Positions 1 to 11,055 of a stretch of DNA of 64,000 nucleotides are shown piece after piece; position 1 is the first letter of the stretch, and the number at the start of each line of letters is the position of its first letter. This DNA is from Tolypothrix carrinoi HA7290-LM1 (GTDB lineage Bacteria; Cyanobacteriota; Cyanobacteriia; Cyanobacteriales; Nostocaceae), in contig JAHHIK010000006.1 of assembly GCA_019358935.1 (NCBI GenBank), positions 1 through 64,000 of the forward strand, written 5' to 3'. A program made the translations under genes and the position numbers. The notes under the pieces are model-generated. The model was not told the origin of the DNA. It worked only from the letters and a program-made list of their open reading frames with translations, and did not search any database.

Positions 1-66
1 GTCTGCGGTTGTTTTGGGATGATAGCCGAATTGTTTGTAAACTTGATCTGGAGTTAAATATCTCAT
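1..66 (-). mobile_element. 5' start of a putative IS607-family serine recombinase/TnpA (MerR-type HTH), partial, running off the window
   Basis: Minus strand from the ATG at 66 reads MRYLTPDQVYKQFGYHPKTTAD, resembling the N-terminal HTH of IS607 TnpA. Only 22 codons are visible. 67-123 would be the element end. Confidence 0.55.
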
Positions 67-123
67 CTAACGAATGTATACGTTTAACTCCAGTATACTC
101 CGTTATTTTCAGCTGAGGTTATA

Positions 124-334
124 TGGCGGTGCGATCGCTTGGAGTTTCATTTCTCTAATTCAGCAGTTTATCACTAAATTGCTCAACTTACAACCTGAGT
201 TTATCCAATTTCTCACCAACGGTTTGCAACTCACTAGCGCCCAAACTTTATTATTACCTTTAATTCTCCTTGGTTTTGGCGCCACAGTCGGATTATTAGG
301 AAGTTTATTTGCAGTGCGTCGATTTGCTAGATAA
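124..334 (+). pseudogene. ftsX: 3' part of the FtsX cell-division permease, separated from its 5' part
   Basis: GGAIAWSFISLIQQF...[28 protein letters not shown] matches the cyanobacterial FtsX C-terminus. The sequence upstream of ~124 is not FtsX-like in the frames I read. Confidence 0.7.
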
Positions 335-339
335 TGGGG

Positions 340-445
340 GATAGGGCATTGGGCATTGGGCATTGGGCATTGGGCATGGGGCATTGGGCATTGGGCATTG
401 GGCATTGGGCATTGGGCATTGGGCATTGGGCATTGGGCATTGGGC
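340..445. repeat. STRR heptamer array (TGGGCAT)n
   Basis: Directly visible tandem heptamer. Confidence 0.95.
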
Positions 446-487
446 AAAAGCTTATTTTTAATCACCAATCTAAAATCCAAAATCGCT

Positions 488-1291
488 ATGCGATCGCAAT
501 GGGAACGTTTGCTGCAAAATATCGGTGTCTGGTCTGGTTCATTTACCCGTTTCTCTCCCCAAGGTGAGTTGGTGAATGATACTCCCTCGGTTGTTTCCTT
601 GGAAGGTTTGAACAATAATCAGACTATTCGCCAAATTATCCGTCTGCGGGAAGATGAAAAAGTTTTAGAATATAGTTCACTAGGACGAAGTGTTCTATTT
701 TTTGAAAATGGTGAATTTTCTCAAGGTTCGATTCAGTTAGCACCGTATTCGGAATTTGGCGCAGAATTTGGATTTATTCAAAAAAATCGCCGTTTACGCT
801 TGGTGCAGATATTTGATAAAAATGGCGACTTAGACCAACTTACCTTAATTCGCGAACATTTTGCGGGAACTGAAGCAGCACAACGCGCAGCTTTAACGAT
901 AGATGACTTGTTGGGAGAATGGCGTGGCGAAGGTGTAACAATATATCCTGATTGGCGATCGCCTGATACGTTTTCTTCTACTCTACAATTACGACTTGAT
1001 GCTGGGCGATTAATTCAAAGTTTAAGCTTTGGCGAACGCACAATTACCTCAACTGCCACGATTAAAGGCTCTATAATTCACTTTGATCAAGATCCCCAAA
1101 AGCAGGTGCAAGTATTACTCTTACCTGATGGTGCTTCTGCTAATTGTCCAGTGAAAGTGCAATTACGTCAAAGCTTTATCTTAGAAGCGGGTTGGTTAAT
1201 CGAACCTAACTTACGTCAACGCATGATTCGCAGTTACAGCGATAAAGGCGAATGGGTTAGCCTCACCTTAGTAACAGAACGTCGAGTTTAA
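488..1291 (+). CDS. DUF3598-family protein
   Basis: [19 protein letters not shown]...WVSLTLVTE is a conserved cyanobacterial family. The ORF-track extension to 356 is STRR-derived. Confidence 0.8.
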   Translation: MRSQWERLLQNIGVWSGSFTRFSPQGELVNDTPSVVSLEGLNNNQTIRQIIRLREDEKVLEYSSLGRSVLFFENGEFSQGSIQLAPYSEFGAEFGFIQKNRRLRLVQIFDKNGDLDQLTLIREHFAGTEAAQRAALTIDDLLGEWRGEGVTIYPDWRSPDTFSSTLQLRLDAGRLIQSLSFGERTITSTATIKGSIIHFDQDPQKQVQVLLLPDGASANCPVKVQLRQSFILEAGWLIEPNLRQRMIRSYSDKGEWVSLTLVTERRV

Positions 1292-1374
1292 CAGTTAAAT
1301 ATTATAACTCGTAGTCGGCGCTTCAGCGCTGAACAAAACGCCTAAATAAAAGCGCTTCAGCGCTTACTACGTTC

Positions 1375-2739
1375 TTAAATCTTAATCTTCGACAACGGAT
1401 TAAACAAGCGGGAAAATTCACCATCTTTAAATGTCTCATCCCAATTTGGGGGTAAACGATGAGGATTAGGATTGGACCGTGTGGGTATCCGCATGAAGAT
1501 GTACTCACACTTAACATTATCTAACTTCGTTTGGGAAGTAATTAACCAATCTTCGATGTAAGCACCTGTAAGAGTCGCACCTCTCAAATCGGTTTTGTTT
1601 AATTGCGTTTGTCCGAGGTTAGCTCTAGAAAAATCTGCATCTTGCAAGTTAGATGCACTAAGATTCGCTCCTATTAAGCTAGCATCCTTGATATTCGCTT
1701 GCTGCAAATTTATATTTTGCAAGTTCCAGCCATTCAAGTTTTTGTTTTGTAAGTCTTTGGTAATCAACAATTCTCGTAATTGCAGATCGTCAAGATAAGT
1801 TGTTTCCACAGCCGCAAGATGCAACTTTTTCGCTTGATACCAGCAGGTGCGTGTCAAAATAGCTCTGATGAAGCTGGTGTTTTTTAGTCTGGCTTGGGTA
1901 AAGTCCGCATCTGTTAAATCGCAGCCTTGAAAACTAGTTCCATATTTTGTCACAAAAGCGATCGCTAAATTTCGAGTTAAGCTTTGCTTTTCATCTCCAA
2001 ATAAAGCATGACAACTGACATAAGCAGACAGTAATACTACTGCAACTGCTAATATGAATGCTACACCCCCAGCTGTCAAATTGACCATTGCTGCTGCCAC
2101 CGCCACAGCTCCAGCTATTGCCCCCGCAACTGACACGGTGACTGTCACTGCAAGCAATCCAGCGACAATTCCGGCAAATGCGGCGGCTCCAGCTATAACT
2201 ACGGCTCCTGCTGCTACAATTACTACTGACATTGATGCAGTCACAATTACTGCTACTATAGCTGCTAATTCCATTACGCTTGTAACTGCTACTCCAGCCC
2301 AAGCTACTGCTACTATACCAGCCCAAGCGATCGCCGCCAAACCTGCCCATGTCATCGCCATTACCAAAAATCCGCAGGCTGCTGACAAGGAACGGCGGAT
2401 AATAATCATAAAAAACACTGACAAGACTATCAAGCTAGCTACGACAACGTAAATATTTTCGCGGTGATTGTTAACCAGAAGAAATCCTAATAGCGAACCA
2501 CCAACGGCTGATAGCAGTCCGGATATTGCCGATAGTAGTAATGCAAATATTACCAAAGCGATCGCCCAACGGCGTTGTAAACCTGCTTTGGCGTTGCGAA
2601 AATTTGCACTCGTGAGAATGGCACCAGTAAAATCTGCACCACGAATATCAGAATCAGAGAAATCTGCGCCTGTTAAATCTTGCCCTTTGAAGGATTTGCC
2701 TCTGAGCTTCGCACGGCGATAGTTTTGAGCCATGTTCAA
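1375..2739 (-). CDS. Pentapeptide-repeat membrane protein
   Basis: A(D/N)(L/F)xx pentapeptide blocks at both ends flank an Ala/Val-rich multi-TM core. Confidence 0.85.
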   Translation of the reverse strand: MNMAQNYRRAKLRGKSFKGQDLTGADFSDSDIRGADFTGAILTSANFRNAKAGLQRRWAIALVIFALLLSAISGLLSAVGGSLLGFLLVNNHRENIYVVVASLIVLSVFFMIIIRRSLSAACGFLVMAMTWAGLAAIAWAGIVAVAWAGVAVTSVMELAAIVAVIVTASMSVVIVAAGAVVIAGAAAFAGIVAGLLAVTVTVSVAGAIAGAVAVAAAMVNLTAGGVAFILAVAVVLLSAYVSCHALFGDEKQSLTRNLAIAFVTKYGTSFQGCDLTDADFTQARLKNTSFIRAILTRTCWYQAKKLHLAAVETTYLDDLQLRELLITKDLQNKNLNGWNLQNINLQQANIKDASLIGANLSASNLQDADFSRANLGQTQLNKTDLRGATLTGAYIEDWLITSQTKLDNVKCEYIFMRIPTRSNPNPHRLPPNWDETFKDGEFSRLFNPLSKIKI

Positions 2740-3321
2740 TTTGAACAGAGTGGGACACTTTTTGCTACAGGTTGTAGGATATCAGGTTTTGGTGAGTTTA
2801 TTTCTGTTATGTATTTAAATTTTGTTGTTACTTTCTTCTAGCGTGTAAATGAAGTGAATCAATGAACGTTCATCTTAGCCTTTTTTCGATCTGAAGGTAG
2901 AAAAATCACCTTTAACAGACGCGAGTTGACATTAAATTAATTTTGTGGTTATGCGATCGCTTTTGCTGTATTATTTTACAATGGGAATATTTTAACTTTT
3001 ACCCAAACCTTTAGAGTTATAATTTTAACTTTTAAAATTTATAAGATTTATACACATAAAAAACATTATCACCATTTTTGCTAATTTGCAAGCAACATTA
3101 CCTTTAAAGACCAAAATTAGCCAAATTTTTGAATAAACAAATTTTATTGCTTTTATTCGCATTAATAATGACAATTTTCGCAAAATTATTAGCAACGAAG
3201 TCAACAATATTGAGAAAAATCGATATTTATTGACAACCATCTCAAAATGCTTAACTCTTGAGAGAAAGTAAAAAACATAAAAATATTAATTTTTGTATAT
3301 GTATGGCAGTAATTACTAAGA

Positions 3322-3897
3322 CTAAATTAGAGAACAGCGACAAAGCAAAGCTTGATTGAGTAAAGTTTGATATTTATCATCATCAACTCGATAAGCGCCA
3401 AACCTTTCCAAATGAGGATTCATCATTTGGGCATCAAACAGCACAAATTTTCTTTCTCGCAATCTTTCTACCAACTTCACCATTGCGACTTTAGAACCTT
3501 CAGGAATGCGGTAAAACATCGACTCGCCAATAAAAGCACCGCCGATCGCAATTCCTAAAATTCCTCCGGCTAGTTCATCACCTAGCCAAGTTTCAAAACT
3601 ATATGCCCAACCAGCTTGGTAAAGTTCCCAATAAATTTCTTCTAATTCTGGTGAAATCCAAGTTGTTTCACGGTTAGCGCACCCAGATACCACAGCCTTG
3701 AAATCACGGTTAATCGCCACAGAAAAACGCTCTTGATTGAGAACACGTCGCAAAGACTTAGGGTAGCGGAATCGGTCATCCAAAGGAATTAAAGTGCGAT
3801 CGCGACTGCTGTACCACTCCAAGCCATTGCTATCATCAGCCATGAGAAAATAGCCTTGAGCATAGCCTTGAATAATAGCAGCGACATCATATTGCAT
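3322..3897 (-). CDS. aat: Leucyl/phenylalanyl-tRNA-protein transferase
   Basis: [28 protein letters not shown] motifs. Confidence 0.93.
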   Translation of the reverse strand: MQYDVAAIIQGYAQGYFLMADDSNGLEWYSSRDRTLIPLDDRFRYPKSLRRVLNQERFSVAINRDFKAVVSGCANRETTWISPELEEIYWELYQAGWAYSFETWLGDELAGGILGIAIGGAFIGESMFYRIPEGSKVAMVKLVERLRERKFVLFDAQMMNPHLERFGAYRVDDDKYQTLLNQALLCRCSLI

Positions 3898-3958
3898 ACG
3901 TTAAGCGCAAAATAAAAAAAGCCATCCTCCGCGTCACTCTGCGTATAAGATAAAGAAA

Positions 3959-4288
3959 ATGACTGAACCCATTCGATCAATCACCCTGCCACCGTCAAAA
4001 AATCCCCAACAAGAGGGAGAATGGTTGCGAGAAAGCCTGTTGCGGTGGCTAGATACAGAGTTTATCCCCGAAGCCGTCAATCAAATTATCGCCCAACGTG
4101 CAGCACAAATTTTTGTCCGCCAACGCATGGAAGGAGAAAATGACCTGGGTTCTCTGGTAATTGCCATTGTCACAGAGATGCAGGCATTTGATTTTTCCAA
4201 AAGTTTCTATGGAGAGTTTGCGATCGCCAACGCCGTCAGCGATCTACTCTTAGAAAGTCTGGGAATTGATAAGTGTTGTGGGGAATAA
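3959..4288 (+). CDS. Conserved cyanobacterial hypothetical protein
   Basis: 109-aa ORF with protein-like composition (WLDTEFIPE, FAIANAVSDLL). Confidence 0.75.
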   Translation: MTEPIRSITLPPSKNPQQEGEWLRESLLRWLDTEFIPEAVNQIIAQRAAQIFVRQRMEGENDLGSLVIAIVTEMQAFDFSKSFYGEFAIANAVSDLLLESLGIDKCCGE

Positions 4289-4295
4289 GATTTTG

Positions 4296-4456
4296 TTAGT
4301 GGTTAGTGGTTAGTGGTTAGTGGTTAGTGGTTAGTGGTTAGTGGTTAGTGGTTGGTGGTTGGTGGTTAGTGGTTAGTCGTAAACAACTATCAACTATCAA
4401 CTATCAACTATCAACCAACAACCAACAACTATCAACTATCAACCAACAACCAACAA
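4296..4456. repeat. Inverted STRR arrays (TTAGTGG)n / (CAACTAT)n
   Basis: Tandem heptamers in opposing orientation between convergent genes. Confidence 0.9.
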
Positions 4457-4759
4457 CTACCAACTAGACTTAACCACACCAGGTAAAAGACCTTCGTGTG
4501 CCCATTCGCGTAGCACGTTGCGAGACAGCCCAAAATCGCGGTAAACTCCTCTAGAACGACCAGTTACCCAACAACGGTTGTGCTGACGAATACGAGCGCT
4601 ATTGCGGGGTAGCTGTTGAATTTTCCGGTGAACTTCCAACTTATCAAGGGGAGATTCGGTATTGTGGAACTCTTCCAGCAACGCTTCCCGCTTTTGGGCA
4701 TACTTTTCGGCTATTCTCACGCGCTTTTTCTCGCGCTCAATCATGCTCTTTTTTGCCAT
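4457..4759 (-). CDS. rpsN: 30S ribosomal protein S14
   Basis: [10 protein letters not shown]...[20 protein letters not shown]...LPGVVKSSW. Confidence 0.98.
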   Translation of the reverse strand: MAKKSMIEREKKRVRIAEKYAQKREALLEEFHNTESPLDKLEVHRKIQQLPRNSARIRQHNRCWVTGRSRGVYRDFGLSRNVLREWAHEGLLPGVVKSSW

Positions 4760-4807
4760 ATACTTTTTACTTATTTAAAGACAGCATTTTCCATTCTATC
4801 AACAAAT

Positions 4808-4935
4808 GGCGCATTGGGCATTGGGCATTGGGCATTGGGCATTGGGAACGTGGTAATGTTTTTTCTTTTTCCCCATTACCCATTACCCATTACCCATTAC
4901 CCATTCCCCATTCCCCATTACCGATTACCCATTAC
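4808..4935. repeat. STRR heptamer arrays (TGGGCAT / CCCATTA / CCCCATT)
   Basis: Directly visible. Confidence 0.9.
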
Positions 4936-5612
4936 CCTTCCTCCCCAGCAGAGGGACATAATTCAGCCAATTGACATGCAATACAGGCAGGCGATCGCGC
5001 TTTACAAATGGCTCGACCATGATAAATTAGTCTAATTGACCAATTTTCCCAATCTGATTGTGGTAATAACTCGATCAAATCTAGCTCAATGCGAATCGGG
5101 TCTGTATGTTTAGTTAAGCCCAAACGCTGGCTGAGGCGTGTAACATGAGTATCTACCGTCACCCCAGCATTAATACCATACCCATGACCCAGCACCACAT
5201 TAGCCGTTTTCCGTGCCACACCTGGAAGCTTTAAAAGCTGTTCCATCTGGTTGGGCACTTGCGAGTTAAACTCGTTAACAATCATCCGACAAGCAGCTTG
5301 GATATTCTTCGCCTTATTGCGATAAAACCCAGTTGAACGCACCAAGTTTTCTAACTCTGTCAAATCGGCATTTGCCAAACTCGCTGCATCCGGAAATCTA
5401 CCAAATAAAGCTGGTGTTACTTTATTCACGCGCTCATCTGTACACTGAGCAGAGAGAATTGTTGCTACTAGCAACTGTACAGGCGTTGAGTAGTTCAAAG
5501 AGCAAGTCGCATCAGGATATAAAAGCTTTAGGCGCAAAAGAATTTCTTGCGCCCGTTGCTTTTTAGATAGCCTTTTGCGAGTAGTGCTTACTGGAATAAT
5601 TTTTGTACCCAC
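4932..5612 (-). CDS. nth: Endonuclease III
   Basis: LLVATILSAQCTD, HhH motif LPGVARKTANV, VDTHV, C-x6-C-x2-C-x5-C FeS motif. Start is uncertain because it overlaps the end of rseP. Confidence 0.95.
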   Translation of the reverse strand: MGTKIIPVSTTRKRLSKKQRAQEILLRLKLLYPDATCSLNYSTPVQLLVATILSAQCTDERVNKVTPALFGRFPDAASLANADLTELENLVRSTGFYRNKAKNIQAACRMIVNEFNSQVPNQMEQLLKLPGVARKTANVVLGHGYGINAGVTVDTHVTRLSQRLGLTKHTDPIRIELDLIELLPQSDWENWSIRLIYHGRAICKARSPACIACQLAELCPSAGEEG

Positions 5613-6676
5613 TCCAACTGCGTAGTTTCTTTAACTATCAGAAAAAGTCCTAAACCTAAAAGTAGCACCAAACCAGTTTGCATTACACCTTCTTGAATGC
5701 GAGATGGCAGAGGTTTACCGCGCACACCTTCAATCAGCAGGAAAGCCAGTTGTCCGCCATCCAAAGCCGGAAGAGGCAAAATATTGATAATAGCCAGGTT
5801 AATGCTGATAATTGCCGCAAATGAAAGCAAATTTGCACTGTCATCAGCAGCCAATTTTGCACCGACTTTAACAATATTAACGGGTCCCGAAACTTGTCCG
5901 GCAGTTTGTTGAAAGTTGGTAATCAACTGCCCAAAACCGCTGAGTATACGCACAACTAATTGTTGAAATCTGTTAGCCGCAATGCTAAAAATTTCCAACG
6001 GATTGCGGGGACGACGATAAATCGGTGTACCATTAGCGCCGAGTTGAATACCAATCAAACCTTTACCATCAGTTCCTCTTTCCGGCGTTAGTTTTAGGGT
6101 ACGTTGTTGATTTTCATGCTGAACTGTCAGTTCAATTGGCTGATTTGGATGATTTTGAATTTCTTTTCTCAGCAAAGTGCTGGAATTTTCCGAAGCTGGG
6201 AGTTCTTTACCACCGACAGCAAGAATAATGTCTCTTTCCCTAATTCCCGCTTGGTAGGCGATGGACTGTTCATTAACAGGCTGCACAAGTACACCAGGCT
6301 GGTAGTTGATTTTCTCCGGAATACCAACGATACCCAACTGAAGAACTAGTACTAAGTAAGCAAATATTAAATTTGCTATCACTCCGGCACTGATGACGAT
6401 CGCCCGATCTAAAATTGGACGGTTACGCAGCAGATTCGGGTCATTCGGCGGAATATCACTATCCGGGTCATCATCGGGAAAACCGACAAAGCCACCCAAA
6501 GGAAAAGCGCGGACAGCATATTCAGTTTGTGAACCTTGGTACTTAAAAATAATCGGACCAAAACCTAAAGAAAAACGGTTGGCGTAAATACCTTGAGACC
6601 GTGCTGCGATAAAATGTCCCAGCTCGTGTACCAAGATGAGAACAGCCAAGACTGCGATCGCTGCTAAAACTGGCAT
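5588..6676 (-). CDS. rseP: RIP metalloprotease RseP (site-2 protease with PDZ domain)
   Basis: HELGH, FSLGFGP, NILPLPALDGG. Confidence 0.95.
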   Translation of the reverse strand: MPVLAAIAVLAVLILVHELGHFIAARSQGIYANRFSLGFGPIIFKYQGSQTEYAVRAFPLGGFVGFPDDDPDSDIPPNDPNLLRNRPILDRAIVISAGVIANLIFAYLVLVLQLGIVGIPEKINYQPGVLVQPVNEQSIAYQAGIRERDIILAVGGKELPASENSSTLLRKEIQNHPNQPIELTVQHENQQRTLKLTPERGTDGKGLIGIQLGANGTPIYRRPRNPLEIFSIAANRFQQLVVRILSGFGQLITNFQQTAGQVSGPVNIVKVGAKLAADDSANLLSFAAIISINLAIINILPLPALDGGQLAFLLIEGVRGKPLPSRIQEGVMQTGLVLLLGLGLFLIVKETTQLEWVQKLFQ

Positions 6677-6774
6677 AGAGAAAATTAGTGAACCTATTCA
6701 GCTATATATACCTCTATTTTAAAATCTGTCAAAGTTTAGCACTTCTCAAAAGAGGCATATTTTCTCGCTTTGGG

Positions 6775-6983
6775 GGTAATGGGTAATAGGTAATTGGGCA
6801 TTGGGCATTGGGCATTGGGCATTGGGCATTGGGCATTGGGCATTGGGCATTGGGCATCGGTAATAATTCTTTTTAAGCGTCCAAGCGTCCCCATTCCCCA
6901 TTCCCCATTACCCATTCCCCATTCCCCATTCCCCATTCCCCATTCCCCATTCCCCATTCCCCATTCCCCATTCCCCATTCCCA
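6775..6983. repeat. STRR heptamer arrays (TGGGCAT)n and (CCCCATT)n
   Basis: Directly visible. Confidence 0.92.
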
Positions 6984-6986
6984 AAT

Positions 6987-8267
6987 TTACAACACCTCTC
7001 TTCCCAAAAACGGTTGCAGCGCTTTTGGTATACGCACCGTCCCATCTGGTTGTTGATAATTCTCCAAAATAGCTGCCATTGTGCGTTCCACAGCCAAACC
7101 AGAACCGTTTAAAGTATGTACGAACTGAGTTCCCTTCTTACCTGCTTCTTTGAAGCGAATATCACCCCGTCGCGCTTGGAAGTCGATACAATTGGAACAG
7201 CTAGAAATTTCTCGATACTTGCCAGATGAAGGCAGCCAAACTTCTAAATCATAAGTTTTGCAAGAAGAAAATCCCAAATCTCCAGTGCATAACTCTATAA
7301 CTCGGTAAGGTAACTGCAAAGCTTGTAAAATCGCTTCTGCATTTGCCACCAATTTTTCCAGTTCCTCAAAAGAAGTGCTGGGTTCAACAAATTTCACCAA
7401 TTCGATTTTGTTGAATTGATGCAGGCGAATCAATCCGCGCATATCTCGTCCATAACTACCAGCCTCTCGGCGAAAACACGGAGTATAAGCACAATGGTAG
7501 ATAGGCAAATCAGCCGAATCGAGAATTTCACCTCGGTAAAGATTAGTTACAGGAACTTCTGCTGTAGGTATTAACCACAAATCATCATCAGCACATTTAA
7601 AGCTTTCTTCCGCGAACTTAGGTAACTGACCTGTAGCCGTCATCGAATCAGTATTAACTAAAATTGGCGGACTAATTTCTATATAACCAGCTTGAGTCTG
7701 GCGATCGAGCATAAACTGAATTAATGCTCTTTCCAACGCTGCACCAGCTCCTATCAGCGTCACAAAGCGGCTTTGAGCCACTTTCACCGCTCGCTCTACA
7801 TTCAGAATACCCAACTTTTCGCCAATTTCCCAATGCGGGAGAATATTCGGGTTTTGAGGAATATAATCATCACCCCAACGGCGTACTTCTACATTCTCTT
7901 CCTCACTCTTACCAATGGGTGTAGAGTCGCTTGGTAAGTTAGGAAGTGCAAGTACAAGTTCTTCAATTTTGGCTTTGAGTTCTTTTTCCTGCGGTTCCAG
8001 TGAACTCAATTGCTCTTTAATAGATTTGCCCTCTTCCCGCAAAGCGAGAATTTCTGCTCCTTTGGGGTCAGAACCAGCTTTGATTTTGATTGGAATTAAA
8101 CCTGCAATTTCATTACTACGTGCTTGGAGTTGATTTCGCTTTCCCTCCAATTCTCGCTGTTGCCGATCCAACTCCGATATAGGCTGAATGTCATACTTAT
8201 TACCGCGACTATTCAACCGTTCCTGAACTAATTGGGGATTTTCCCGTATTTGCTTAATATCCAGCAC
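6987..8267 (-). CDS. serS: Serine-tRNA ligase
   Basis: [48 protein letters not shown]. Confidence 0.98.
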   Translation of the reverse strand: MLDIKQIRENPQLVQERLNSRGNKYDIQPISELDRQQRELEGKRNQLQARSNEIAGLIPIKIKAGSDPKGAEILALREEGKSIKEQLSSLEPQEKELKAKIEELVLALPNLPSDSTPIGKSEEENVEVRRWGDDYIPQNPNILPHWEIGEKLGILNVERAVKVAQSRFVTLIGAGAALERALIQFMLDRQTQAGYIEISPPILVNTDSMTATGQLPKFAEESFKCADDDLWLIPTAEVPVTNLYRGEILDSADLPIYHCAYTPCFRREAGSYGRDMRGLIRLHQFNKIELVKFVEPSTSFEELEKLVANAEAILQALQLPYRVIELCTGDLGFSSCKTYDLEVWLPSSGKYREISSCSNCIDFQARRGDIRFKEAGKKGTQFVHTLNGSGLAVERTMAAILENYQQPDGTVRIPKALQPFLGREVL

Positions 8268-8385
8268 AGATTTTCTTAATCTCTAGTCCTACAATCTTCC
8301 AGTCCAACACATCAGCATATACTGATTTTGGCTTGCTATGACCGGAAAAGCAAATGGTACTTACGCATTTCTAACGAAAAACAAG

Positions 8386-8577
8386 GGGATGGGGGGAGTG
8401 GGGGGACAAGGGGGACAAGGGGGACAAGGGGGCCACGGGAGACACGGGAGACAAGGGGGACAAGGGGGAGTTTATCTCCTCGTCTTCCTTGTCTTCCTTG
8501 TCTTCCCCCTCTTCCTTGTCTTCCCCATCCCCCTATCTCCCCATCCCCCCCTCCCCCCTCTCCCTCTCCCCCACTCC
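8386..8577. repeat. Inverted 9-mer repeat arrays (GGGGACAAG / CTTGTCTTC)
   Basis: Purine-rich then pyrimidine-rich tandem nonamers. Similar blocks at 31361-31600 and 60935-61000. Confidence 0.85.
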
Positions 8578-9162
8578 TCATTGCGGTTTAGTAACGCGAT
8601 TAAGTAGCCAAATCGTTCCCATCAGCCCGATAAAGTGAGCCACAAGGGTTTGGGTGTTTGCCTGTACAACAACAATATCCAGGGCACTGATAATTTGAGA
8701 AGGATTAATTTGTAAAAGTGCTGAACCTTGTTGCGGTAAAGTTAATGCCTTCGCTAACAATGCCCCAACGATCGCTTCGGCGCCCACCAGCGCTAGTATC
8801 AGTCCGACTAAATTGACTATTAACCCCGTCCGTAAAAGTACCATCGTCTCTGCCTTCCGGGGACGGTTGTTAGGATTGCTCGATTGCAGTTGTCTGGCAA
8901 TTCTGGTATAACGAAAAGCCCAGAATATCGAGCCTGCTAAATTAATTACCGCAGCTACTGCAAAAAATATACCTAAACCAGTTCCCACAGCTGTTTGATT
9001 GGCATTCGTGTTGCGAATCAAGCTGGCAAATACCAAAATTCCGCTAGCAATTACCCCCAGTACTAACTGCGACCAAAAGCTAATCCATCCTGTGAGACGA
9101 AATGCTTGGGCTATTTCCTCTAGGGGTGAGGAAGAAGATTGCGATCTGGGCTTTTCTGACAT
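8578..9162 (-). CDS. DUF3611-family membrane protein
   Basis: GWISFWSQLVLG and ALDIVVVQANTQTLVAHF motifs; several TM segments. Confidence 0.8.
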   Translation of the reverse strand: MSEKPRSQSSSSPLEEIAQAFRLTGWISFWSQLVLGVIASGILVFASLIRNTNANQTAVGTGLGIFFAVAAVINLAGSIFWAFRYTRIARQLQSSNPNNRPRKAETMVLLRTGLIVNLVGLILALVGAEAIVGALLAKALTLPQQGSALLQINPSQIISALDIVVVQANTQTLVAHFIGLMGTIWLLNRVTKPQ

Positions 9163-9716
9163 ACCGATCACCAACGTGCGCTTACGCTTGCTAAATTTAC
9201 TATCACACTTACCAGAAAGGAATTGTGTATCTCAAGTACGCAAGTTGTGTACTTAACGCGATGTGCCGTCTCAACAGCGTATTTCAGCTTTGAAGGCGAA
9301 TATCTCACATAGCTTAAATCTTTAAGATTGACACCGGGATAATCACCGTAAAAAAAGTGTTTATTAAGTTTTAAAAAAAAAACGCATTTTGCCTTTAAAA
9401 TTGCTTAGATGGCATTTTATGCTTAAGCAGTTCTAACTAGCTCGGCATCACTTGACACAAGGATGGCGGTATATTCGTTGTCTCATCGCTTTTCACCACA
9501 CCGCAAGCGAGCTTGGGTAGAGGTGTAATTTATTGCGCCTCTAAAACTAGCATACCCGCCCTACGCTTAACCGTAGGAATTGGTGTAATGTTTGCGCTTT
9601 GGCAATAAAGCCTTAGTAGCGTTAAATACTTACTAATCAGGAGGGTAGCACTATATACTAACGACCAAAATTGTAGGATCAACAACTATAAGGCATTTTT
9701 TAGCCATTCACTAACT

Positions 9717-10064
9717 ATGAAACTTGAGGATATATATCAATTCTTTGAGAATCCTCCGCCAACTTACCTCTGTCAGGAACTAGCAGTTTGTTACATTTTG
9801 CATATTTTGCTAGAAGGTGAATCCTACGGTACTGAGTTGATCCAGAAATTGGAAAACGAATATCCTACTTATAGGCTTTCGGACACTGTGCTTTACAGTG
9901 CGATTAAATTTCTGGAAGACCAAAAGGCAATCACTGGGTATTGGAAGAAACTCGAAGGACGCGGGCGCCCTAGACGGATGTACCAAGTTTCCCCAGAATG
10001 GCTTTCTTCGGCGCAGGATTTAGCTCGTTTGTGGCAAGAATACATACAGCGGAGGACAAATTAA
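9717..10064 (+). CDS. pex: PadR-family regulator, circadian period extender Pex
   Basis: YLCQELAVCY, ESYGTELI, YRLSDTVLYSA, GRGRPRRMY. Confidence 0.88.
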   Translation: MKLEDIYQFFENPPPTYLCQELAVCYILHILLEGESYGTELIQKLENEYPTYRLSDTVLYSAIKFLEDQKAITGYWKKLEGRGRPRRMYQVSPEWLSSAQDLARLWQEYIQRRTN

Positions 10065-10116
10065 CCAATAATTAATAATGAATAAGTCTCCTCCACTACA
10101 AAAGTAACAATTTCCT

Positions 10117-10644
10117 ATGGATACTACTATTCTGCCATCCACGTTGCTGCTCACTTTGCTGTTGTCGGTCGGGCTATTTTTCTTTATCCGTGCCTCGACT
10201 AAAGACCGCATAGAAAAAGCGCAACTAGTGTCCTCTCTCGACGAAGATACTTTAATGCCGAAAATAAAGGAGTATTTTCGCTCGCGGTCTTACCGAGTGG
10301 CAGCGGTAGACTCTGAACAAAACCAAGTAACGTTTGAAGGGTTTGTCAGACCCAGCTGGTTTTTGGCTTTGTTTTTAACTTTTTTAGCAGCGGCGGGTAT
10401 TGTTTCTCTATCATTAGTGTTGTCGCTGCTTTTTCCTAACCTGAGTACGGTGTTTCTAGGGATGGTACTGCTTTCACCCTTGAGTGGTATTTATTATTGG
10501 AAAAAAGCCGGAAGACTTGAGAAGGTATTGCTCAAAGTAGAACCAACTCAAAGCGAAAAAGACTTCCCAAGTAAAATAACTGTAATTGCCCATCGAGATG
10601 AACTCAGTGAGTTACAGAGGGAATTACAGCTAAAATCTGAATAA
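10117..10644 (+). CDS. Cofactor assembly of complex C subunit B (CCB1/DUF3529 family)
   Basis: GLFFFIRASTKDR, FEGFVRPS, YYWKKAGR, AHRDEL. Confidence 0.8.
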   Translation: MDTTILPSTLLLTLLLSVGLFFFIRASTKDRIEKAQLVSSLDEDTLMPKIKEYFRSRSYRVAAVDSEQNQVTFEGFVRPSWFLALFLTFLAAAGIVSLSLVLSLLFPNLSTVFLGMVLLSPLSGIYYWKKAGRLEKVLLKVEPTQSEKDFPSKITVIAHRDELSELQRELQLKSE

Positions 10645-11055
10645 CCGAAGTTTTGAGCATATGAAGATGATTTCGATGTAAGCTGGTGACGAAAAAAAGA
10701 CTTTACCTGGGGGAAAAAGCTATTCAATTTCACTCGTAATGCTGTTAAAAGTTTTTTCTTGCCAAAGCAATAAACTTTCACGCTTGAAACACAACTCACA
10801 TTTTGTCAGTACGCGCTACTTGTGTTTTGCTTTCGCTTTATCCCCATTACGAGTGAGATATCTAATAATACAAACAATCAACCCTGGCAAACAAGCGCAG
10901 TTTGATAGGAGTTGATTGTTTGATATCTTAGACTAGCTCGACTGGCAAATCAGTTGCAAACTTAAAAAAAATTGAAATTTTTAAATAACTGAACAATTTT
11001 GCCAGTTAATAATTGTCACAAGCCCCACTCTATCTCTAAGACAACTATTGCTTTT

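Noticed and set aside
160..615. ORFs with WALGIGH / PNAQCPM / GNGEWGM / QGGQGG repeats (also 6736-7072, 8328-8607, 31283-31654, 35347-35580)
   Set aside because: They are translations of STRR repeats, not proteins.
7081..7110. SerRS motif 3 reads GLAVER rather than GLAVGR
   Set aside because: Single substitution at a position I recall as variable; the rest of the gene is intact.
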